In this document: positions 57,904 to 64,000 of the stretch, piece by piece
How the letters are laid out: the number at the start of each line of letters is the position of its first letter
How positions within the stretch are numbered: the first letter of the stretch is position 1
Source: a virus
Length of the DNA: 64,000 bases
Strand: one strand, 5' to 3'
IMG/VR virus record: IMGVR_UViG_3300012984_000001
Coordinates: 11,695 to 75,694 of that record
Made by a program: the position numbers and the translations under genes
Notes under the pieces: generated by a model
Database searches by the model: none
The model's input: only the letters and a program-made list of their open reading frames with translations
Told to the model about the DNA's origin: nothing

Positions 57904-58532
57904 TATTTGATATGCCCCCATCTTTTGCCACTTATTATACGGCTTATAGTATTGGGTTTTACGTTATAAATCATTGACAATTCCTTTTGAGTTAAAGGAC
58001 TTGATTTTATTTCTCTAACTTCTTTTTCAGTAAGTTTCGATGCTACATGTGCCTCTCCTCTAGGCATTAATCCATGTTCTGCAGCATGCTGCATATTTCC
58101 TAGTCCGGTACTCCATTTTAAAGAAAAATATCGATTATCTTCTTTGTTTCCTTCCTTGCCATTTTCATAAAGCCCTATATGGTTTACTTCTGGGAGATTA
58201 TCGGGATTAGGAATAAAATTTTTAGCCACTTCTCTATGAACTTTTGCTTTATAATAATATCCTGGTCTTCTTAAACCACACAATAAATATCCATCAGGGT
58301 CTTTACTTTGTCTCATTATCCTTCCTTTCATAAAATAACTGCTAACACCATTTCCTCGCATTCTATCTAAGCTTTTTATACGTCCTAAATTATATTTGGC
58401 GTATTTTGGAACTACAACATTTGCTTCGTGGATTTTGTAGCCTTTATATTGAGTTTCTTTATACCCAGTTATGAGTATTATTTCTTCTCCTGTTTTTTCT
58501 TCTACAGCTTTTACAAGTTTATTTATATTCAT
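57903..58532 (-). CDS. NUMOD4/HNH-type homing endonuclease with C-terminal HTH
   Basis: NLGRIKSLDR, GYLLCGL, VHREVA..FIPNP..LPEVNH...NKEDN...LKWST..GNMQHA. Confidence 0.85.
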   Translation of the reverse strand: MNINKLVKAVEEKTGEEIILITGYKETQYKGYKIHEANVVVPKYAKYNLGRIKSLDRMRGNGVSSYFMKGRIMRQSKDPDGYLLCGLRRPGYYYKAKVHREVAKNFIPNPDNLPEVNHIGLYENGKEGNKEDNRYFSLKWSTGLGNMQHAAEHGLMPRGEAHVASKLTEKEVREIKSSPLTQKELSMIYNVKPNTISRIISGKRWGHIK

Positions 58533-58558
58533 ATTTCTAGTGTTTTGTATAAAAAGTA

Positions 58559-58654
58559 AATACCGTTACTGCAATCGGCTCTGACCTCGATATTAGTAAC
58601 GGTATTCGTTTTGTTTCGTTAAGCAGTACTTTAGAGGTCAGAGTAAAATACTAC
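58559..58654 (-). promoter_or_regulatory. Two-hairpin kissing-loop 5' leader upstream of the HNH gene
   Basis: Stems 58559-70/58595-606 and 58623-33/58644-54; loops CTCTGACCTC (58579-88) and GAGGTCAGAG (58634-43) are perfectly complementary. Confidence 0.65.
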
Positions 58655-58658
58655 AATG

Positions 58659-58689
58659 CAAATATAGGTATTATTTTTTAATCAGCAAG
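58659..58689 (-). promoter_or_regulatory. Bacteroidota-type promoter
   Basis: CTTG-N19-TATATTTG on the - strand. Confidence 0.65.
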
Positions 58690-58696
58690 TTTTGAC

Positions 58697-58727
58697 AAAA
58701 AAAGACTCCTTTTTAGGGAGCCTTTTT
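58697..58727 (-). terminator. Rho-independent terminator
   Basis: - strand GGCTCC-CTAAAAA-GGAGTC-T7, after the 58730 ORF. Confidence 0.7.
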
Positions 58728-58729
58728 GA

Positions 58730-58927
58730 TTAAACTAAAGAGTTTGGATTTACGTTTTTTTCGTCAAAGAAATCCTCTAACATTTTATATGCTTTTGCGG
58801 CATATTCTAAATATTCTGGTTTTTTCTTTTTACACTTTTCTTCGGCTGATTCAATTGTTTTATGAATCATTTTTAATGCAGTCAATTCTTCTAAATCAAC
58901 TGGATACTTTTCAAAGAAAGCTTTCAT
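58730..58927 (-). CDS. Small helical protein
   Basis: 65-aa ORF directly after the Gly-rich protein. Confidence 0.6.
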   Translation of the reverse strand: MKAFFEKYPVDLEELTALKMIHKTIESAEEKCKKKKPEYLEYAAKAYKMLEDFFDEKNVNPNSLV

Positions 58928-58929
58928 TG

Positions 58930-59607
58930 TTAAGCTACTTTAGTATTCGCTGCTGCTTGTGTTCCAGAAGCCGCCATAGTTCCGCTGTTAAAAATAACTT
59001 GTCCTTGTTTAACAGCTTGAAGGTCGTTTGCCAAATTCGAAAGAACACCAAATAATCCTTGGATTTGAGCTTGTGTTTGAGCCTGTGCCTGAGCTTGTGA
59101 AACAGTTTGGTTAACATTAACCTCTACTTCTCTGCTTCTGAAAGAATTTCGTTCTTGTGCTAATTGTGTTTCAAGTTCTGAAATTCTGTTTTGATCGATT
59201 TTGCTTCCAATAGCGTTTATCGCACCCAAAAGAACTGTGGCTGAATTTTGTACAGTATCTTTTACTCCTGCTGTTGCTTGAAGTTGAGACAAATTGTTCT
59301 GATTTGCAGTTGAATTCAATGCAATCGTTTGTTCCAATAAAGCATTTTGAGTTGATAATGCTCCCAAAGGAATAGCTGCTTCAATATTTCCAAGTTTGTT
59401 CAAAACACTTGTTCCAAAGATTGTTTGGTTAATATTGTTGTCATTAGCAACATTACCGCCTCCACAATCCTCTCTACGTCCGTCTCTACCAAACAAACCA
59501 TTTGCAACACCGAACAATCCTATAGGTGCAATACCTCCCCAGCCTCCACCGAAGCCTCCATAACCACCGCCAATAGCGTTAGTTTCTAAATTACCTGTTA
59601 ATGACAT
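58930..59607 (-). CDS. Gly-rich, membrane-associated Q/N/A-rich coiled-coil protein
   Basis: GGGYGGFGGGWGG plus hydrophobic stretch, long Q/N/A heptads, AQAQAQTQAQ. Confidence 0.75.
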   Translation of the reverse strand: MSLTGNLETNAIGGGYGGFGGGWGGIAPIGLFGVANGLFGRDGRREDCGGGNVANDNNINQTIFGTSVLNKLGNIEAAIPLGALSTQNALLEQTIALNSTANQNNLSQLQATAGVKDTVQNSATVLLGAINAIGSKIDQNRISELETQLAQERNSFRSREVEVNVNQTVSQAQAQAQTQAQIQGLFGVLSNLANDLQAVKQGQVIFNSGTMAASGTQAAANTKVA

Positions 59608-59663
59608 AATTTTAAATATTAAAGATTAATAATATTCGAAATTATGACTACTTTTATAAGATT

Positions 59664-59921
59664 TTGTTGTCAAAAATAACACATTCGTACATGAGCCAAA
59701 TCCACCCAAAAACACTAGAAATTTTAATAAAAATAGGTTCTAATGTGCTTAAATATAGATACGAAAAAAACTTGACACAGGAAGATTTGGCGTTTTTATG
59801 CGATACTGATAGGTCGTTTATCTGCAAAATAGAGACGTGCAAGTTTGAAGGAATTACAATTGGAACTTTGGCGAAACTATCTACTGCTCTTGAAGTTGAT
59901 ATCAGAGATTTGATGGAATAA
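59664..59921 (+). CDS. XRE-family HTH regulator
   Basis: IGSNVLKYRYEKNLTQEDLAFLCDTDRSFICKIE; start may be 59691. Confidence 0.8.
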   Translation: MLSKITHSYMSQIHPKTLEILIKIGSNVLKYRYEKNLTQEDLAFLCDTDRSFICKIETCKFEGITIGTLAKLSTALEVDIRDLME

Positions 59922-59927
59922 ATATGG

Positions 59928-60365
59928 CTATTTTATTAGTTTTAGCGCTTCAAAAAGTCCAGTTTCAAGGCATTCTTCGTAAGTCTCATAGTTTTGAAAC
60001 TGATTAGGATTGTTAATTAGTCCAGCACAATAATCTTCTTCTATTTCATCTTTTATAGAGTAAATGTCAATACACCATTTCCTATCTTTTCCATAGTAGA
60101 TATGAAAGTGAATTTTATGCTCTTCTCTTAGCCATTTTTGAAGAAAAGGTTGATTGTATGCCGGAGCCATGTGAGGTTGCATTTTTCGAGTATTTACAAC
60201 TTGTAGAAGATTATGATTGTAATCATCATTAGTGGCGTTAATTTTTAGGTCTCCAGTTGCTTTAAAACTTCTAAATGGATAAACGTAGTAATGAGTATGT
60301 GGCAAGTCTATTCCTTTTTCCTTAGCTAGTTTAGCTGTTTCAAATGATATTTTTTGCTCTTCCAT
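59928..60365 (-). CDS. Hypothetical phage protein
   Basis: ISFETAKLAKEKG...LQKWLRE...TYEECLETGL. Confidence 0.7.
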   Translation of the reverse strand: MEEQKISFETAKLAKEKGIDLPHTHYYVYPFRSFKATGDLKINATNDDYNHNLLQVVNTRKMQPHMAPAYNQPFLQKWLREEHKIHFHIYYGKDRKWCIDIYSIKDEIEEDYCAGLINNPNQFQNYETYEECLETGLFEALKLIK

Positions 60366-60367
60366 GT

Positions 60368-60697
60368 CTATTCGTTATTAGAGTGTATGTTTCCGATTAC
60401 TTCCATGTGTTCAGATACCACATGATTTTGTCTTACTCCGTTATAAAACAAATAAAATCCTGTTCCTTCAAATTTAATTTCAAAGTTTCCTAAACTTGGA
60501 TGAAATAAAATATCCCCTTCGTAAAGTTCGGTTCCGTTTCTGTCTTTTAGTCCTGTAAATTGTCCTACTGTTCCAGTTATAACTGTTTGGTTGCCTCCTT
60601 TTTCATTTTGAATAAAGTCATAAGCTCCTTGTTTGAAATAATATCCGTAAATAAATTTACCTTCAATTGTTTTTCCTCTAAATTTTATTGTTCTCAT
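60368..60697 (-). CDS. YopX family protein
   Basis: RTIKFRG...GQFTGLKDRNGTELYEGD...EVIGNIH. Confidence 0.85.
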   Translation of the reverse strand: MRTIKFRGKTIEGKFIYGYYFKQGAYDFIQNEKGGNQTVITGTVGQFTGLKDRNGTELYEGDILFHPSLGNFEIKFEGTGFYLFYNGVRQNHVVSEHMEVIGNIHSNNE

Positions 60698-60814
60698 AGT
60701 GTTCTTTTAACGCATTAATTAAGTCGTTTTTCCATATTGCGCCTGTGGCACCATTAGGAAGTGACAGCTCTGGAATAGAGTCTACAATATCTATTAATTC
60801 TTCTATGGAAATAT

Positions 60815-61030
60815 TCATGGCGTGTCTTGTTTAAAAGTTTCGTTGTAGTAATTCTCTCCTGTGGATAATTCTCTGAATGACTCATGGAGTGTCGTGTCTG
60901 ATATAGCATAATCTACCGCCTCAACTATTTGTTGTTTTTCAATTTCTAAGAATTCTTCACAAATTTTAGGAACAGTCAAAAATCCAATTACTTCAAGTTT
61001 TTCTATTAATTGTTGCATAGCTGTTTTCAT
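60815..61030 (-). CDS. Hypothetical phage protein
   Basis: KTAMQQLIE...EKQQIVEA...YYNETF. Confidence 0.65.
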   Translation of the reverse strand: MKTAMQQLIEKLEVIGFLTVPKICEEFLEIEKQQIVEAVDYAISDTTLHESFRELSTGENYYNETFKQDTP

Positions 61031-61033
61031 AGT

Positions 61034-61288
61034 TTATATTATTGACATTATACAATATCCATCCATTAATCCAAATTGTGGGGCATCAGTTAAAATATAT
61101 GTTACCTTTTTCGCTACAAATAGTCCGGTAAACGTTTTTTTGTCTTTGTCTAATTGTCGAAGAAGCAGAATATCTCCTATCTGATAGTCTCGGTCATTTT
61201 TTCTGAGTTCCCACGGTTTTTCTCCAGACGCTACTTTTTTAAAATATTCGTGTTCGCACTTTAAGTCGTGCTGTATTGGTTTCCTCAT
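61034..61288 (-). CDS. DUF3850/ASCH-like protein
   Basis: HDLK...YF..V.SG.K.WELRKNDRDYQIGD. Confidence 0.85.
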   Translation of the reverse strand: MRKPIQHDLKCEHEYFKKVASGEKPWELRKNDRDYQIGDILLLRQLDKDKKTFTGLFVAKKVTYILTDAPQFGLMDGYCIMSII

Positions 61289-61291
61289 GGT

Positions 61292-61831
61292 TTATTTGTT
61301 TAATGTATTAATATCTATAGCTAAACCTTTTTGAATTAGACTATATCTCCAATCGAAATGAAATTTATCTAATAAAGAAAAAGCTTCATGTTGGGGTTCT
61401 GCAGGTTTATATTTTTCATCATGCATTGCATATGTAAAAATATTTTCATCAAACATTAAAGAATCAACTAATATTTCGCTTTCACTTTTTAGTGAATTTA
61501 TCCAATATTCATCGTTATAAATTTCTCCGTTTTCTTCAATGCCATATTCAAATTTACATTGTGATAAATCAAACAGACTAACTGCTTTTAATATTTCAAT
61601 AATCGGCACAAGCTTTTCCCCATTAACCTCAATTTCTTTGGTTAAATCGGATAGTGGGCGAAGTATTGGTATTTGATTTGCTCCATAAATAACATTGGTT
61701 ATTCCACAATCATTATGGTTATCTTCTTCCATAAAATATGTTTTTAGTATGTGACCTTTTAAAGATTTATTTGCTATTCTTAACCCATAAGGTAAATACG
61801 GAGAAATATGTTTTAGTTCTAATATTTTCAT
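61292..61831 (-). CDS. Hypothetical phage protein
   Basis: LKHISPYLPYGL...PILRPLSDL...HFDW...LAIDINTL. Confidence 0.7.
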   Translation of the reverse strand: MKILELKHISPYLPYGLRIANKSLKGHILKTYFMEEDNHNDCGITNVIYGANQIPILRPLSDLTKEIEVNGEKLVPIIEILKAVSLFDLSQCKFEYGIEENGEIYNDEYWINSLKSESEILVDSLMFDENIFTYAMHDEKYKPAEPQHEAFSLLDKFHFDWRYSLIQKGLAIDINTLNK

Positions 61832-61925
61832 GGATACTTATTGTTCGATTTGTTTTTATTGGCGATTTTATCGCTGTATTGCTTTACTTTTTGTTTTATC
61901 TCTCTAGGAGTTTCAGAAAGTATTT

Positions 61926-62252
61926 TTAGTGCTGTTTTTGATCGCATAGTAAATTTTTATTGTTATACAAATCATTTGCTTTTTCTATAGCTTCATGGTA
62001 TTCTTCACATCTATCAGTGTAGGTGGTATCGATTACTATTGGTTTATCAGGTTCCCCATCACGATAATCCCAAATACGTACTTCTCTTTCTGGAGTAAGT
62101 CTGTCGATGTACAGGCCTCGTAAATCAAAAAACTCTAAACAGAAAGCCTCTTTTAATATTCTTCTCGACCTTTCCCAATCAACAATGTTGTAAGCATACT
62201 TTGAGTCTAGCCACTTATTAAAATCAGCGCGACATTTACCAGTTAGTTTCAT
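61926..62252 (-). CDS. Hypothetical protein
   Basis: 108-aa ORF starting MKLTGKC. Confidence 0.6.
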   Translation of the reverse strand: MKLTGKCRADFNKWLDSKYAYNIVDWERSRRILKEAFCLEFFDLRGLYIDRLTPEREVRIWDYRDGEPDKPIVIDTTYTDRCEEYHEAIEKANDLYNNKNLLCDQKQH

Positions 62253-62256
62253 AGTG

Positions 62257-62652
62257 TTATTGTTTAATTGTTAGTTCTTCACCAGTTAATGCGAAGTATA
62301 AGTTTTGTAGTTGATGAACAAACCTTATGTCAATAAATTCATAATCATTACCTCCAAAACCAAATTTATCAACCTCTTCGTCTAATTGATGAATTTTAAA
62401 ATCTCCTATGTAATGAGCTTTACTTGCATTTCTTTCTTGTGGGTCAGATGTAAAATGTTCTCCAAACTTAAAATCACGTAACCAGCCTTTTGTTAGCGGT
62501 ATTCCTTCGAAGTTTTCATATTCCATGTATGTTTCTTCATTTTCATCAGAGCAATCAATTCCATATTCGTAAATAGCATTTACTGTCCATATTCCAGAAT
62601 CATTCGAATACATTAATAAATTTCCTAGTCTAAGTTCGTTCGATTTTATCAT
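62257..62652 (-). CDS. Hypothetical phage protein
   Basis: NELRLGN...IPLT..WL...VHQLQNLYFALTGEEL. Confidence 0.7.
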   Translation of the reverse strand: MIKSNELRLGNLLMYSNDSGIWTVNAIYEYGIDCSDENEETYMEYENFEGIPLTKGWLRDFKFGEHFTSDPQERNASKAHYIGDFKIHQLDEEVDKFGFGGNDYEFIDIRFVHQLQNLYFALTGEELTIKQ

Positions 62653-62851
62653 CTTTTTTATTTAAAGGTTTAAGTATCTGCAAAGGCGAGTTTAGTCCGT
62701 GTTTCAGTATGGCGGTGTCGCGCGCTTTCACTGCGTCTTTTTGTTCTTCATGCATTCCGCAGTTATAAGTTTTACCTCCTTGCCGAACAGTAGAACACCA
62801 TTTTTGCAATTCACGGTTCCATATTACTCCTCTGTATTTTTTCTCTGGCAT
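62630..62851 (-). CDS. Stand-alone AP2 DNA-binding domain protein
   Basis: KYRGVIW....KW.......G......DAVKARD. Confidence 0.75.
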   Translation of the reverse strand: MPEKKYRGVIWNRELQKWCSTVRQGGKTYNCGMHEEQKDAVKARDTAILKHGLNSPLQILKPLNKKDDKIERT

Positions 62852-62916
62852 ACTGGTTATTTTAAGTTACAAATGAAAAAAGAATCTCGCTTTGAGACTC
62901 CTAAATTATTACAAGA

Positions 62917-62947
62917 CAATATTACGTCATATTTTTGAATTATCCAA
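62917..62947 (-). promoter_or_regulatory. Class A promoter for the inserted leftward block
   Basis: TTG-N20-TAATATTG with TGACG core. Confidence 0.7.
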
Positions 62948-62960
62948 ATTATTTTTTATA

Positions 62961-63004
62961 ATAAACGACAACAAACGTTTGTAATCGAATAATATTTATC
63001 TTTG
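62961..63004 (+). promoter_or_regulatory. Class B (late) promoter
   Basis: 24-nt copy of the 55232 box followed by TATCTTTG. Confidence 0.7.
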
Positions 63005-63039
63005 TTTCTCAAAGTTTAATCAATTTAAATCAAATCAAA

Positions 63040-64000
63040 ATGAGCGAAGAAGCAAAAAAACCGCATCCTTTATCTAAGGAAGGGAGAGCGTTGAGGGAAC
63101 AAGAAAAGACACAGGGTGTTCCGAACGATTTAGCAAATCAAAAACCTACAGAATCTGATGCTATTCTACAGGAAAAACTGCAAAATGTGATTGCCACTAC
63201 AAATAATCCACCAAAAACACAAACTACAGCCGAAGAATCAACAACAGCTGTTCAAGAAGCTAATCCAGAGCCGTCAGTGCCTTTATCGGTAGTTCAACAA
63301 ATGATTAATGACGCATTGAAAAATCATGCTCCTGCGCCACCACAAATTATTCAGCAAACTCCAGCTCCAATCATTCAAAATATCGTAAAACAAGAATACG
63401 ACATTGATGATATTCCAGAGTTCAGAGATTGGGTAGTAAAAGACAGACAGTATGAGTATTGTGATGGAAAGCCTATTACGGCAAATATTCCAGTTGACCA
63501 TTCTGACAGAATCCCTCTTCAATACGAAAACAAAGAGAATAAATCAGTTCACGTTTTAAGATACTCTACAAACCAACCTTCATTTTTCAAGGAAAAACAA
63601 AGCAAAGAGCCGGGTTCTGTAGTCGTATCAGAAATTTTGTTCAACTATGGAAAATTATTTGTTCCAGCTGGACAAATTAATCTGCAGAAATTCCTTCATA
63701 TTCACCCATACAAAGGCATTTTGTTTAGAGAATACGACCCAGAAGCTAAATCAAGAGATATTATCGAAAAGAAACGTCTTAAAAATAAAGCGGAAAGACT
63801 TGTTTTCGAAGTAGGTGAAATCACAAACAGAGCTGTAGCCGGACTAGAATGTCCTTCTTATGTAGAATCTTGGAAACCAGACATTGTTACTGAGCACGTA
63901 TTGGCATTTGCCGAAGAAAATCCAGAAAAATATATTGCTTACACAGAAGACCCTGGAATCAAAATGAAAGGAGTTATCAAAAGCGCGCTTGCTTCTGGAG
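63040..64000 (+). CDS. Conserved head-module protein, 3'-truncated by the window (missing from the ORF track)
   Basis: ATG at 63040 after an A-rich leader; open to the window end (MSEEAKK...LRYSTNQPSFF...LFVP...LQKFLHIHP). Confidence 0.75.
   Translation, partial: MSEEAKKPHPLSKEGRALREQEKTQGVPNDLANQKPTESDAILQEKLQNVIATTNNPPKTQTTAEESTTAVQEANPEPSVPLSVVQQMINDALKNHAPAPPQIIQQTPAPIIQNIVKQEYDIDDIPEFRDWVVKDRQYEYCDGKPITANIPVDHSDRIPLQYENKENKSVHVLRYSTNQPSFFKEKQSKEPGSVVVSEILFNYGKLFVPAGQINLQKFLHIHPYKGILFREYDPEAKSRDIIEKKRLKNKAERLVFEVGEITNRAVAGLECPSYVESWKPDIVTEHVLAFAEENPEKYIAYTEDPGIKMKGVIKSALASG

Noticed and set aside
1-64000. Stop-codon reassignment as in some crAss-like phages
   Set aside because: Long genes are intact in the standard code, TAG and TGA are used as real stops (e.g. 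terL ends TAG), and there is no suppressor tRNA.

Overview
AT-rich (standard genetic code) segment of a tailed dsDNA phage genome infecting Bacteroidota, most likely Flavobacterium. Evidence: TAnnTTTG-type promoters, A-rich ribosome-binding regions and a host-like NA37/YejK gene. The terminase, portal, scaffold and capsid genes look like those of crAss-related flavobacterial podoviruses. Layout: (1) 3' part of a giant virion/ejection protein with an embedded GNAT domain (1-6023); (2) a ~22 kb leftward early/replication operon (6049-28356: beta clamp, RusA-like, HNHs, MTase, initiator plus DnaC-like loader, UDG, exonuclease/SSAP, YejK-like, nucleotidyltransferase, tyrosine recombinase, many small ORFs) with structured-RNA leaders; (3) a ~1.1 kb non-coding strand-switch region; (4) a rightward block with GIY-YIG, m5C MTase, a non-coding RNA operon, SSB and Tad2-like plus Acb2/Tad1-like genes; (5) groES/groEL; (6) tail fibres, lysis, terminase, portal, scaffold and capsid, interrupted after the capsid gene by a 5 kb opposite-strand block. 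The most striking feature is the RNA operon at 34781-35577. It holds a minimal, circularly permuted (two-piece) tmRNA with tag AKVINLFGNEAKLAA and no pk1, directly fused behind a tRNA(CAT), plus an aberrant class II tRNA-like RNA and two pseudoknotted RNAs that I cannot assign to a family. Two unrelated HNH genes also share a covarying kissing-hairpin 5' leader. Two recurrent phage-specific promoter boxes are visible. All family assignments come from motif recognition by eye; no searches were run.
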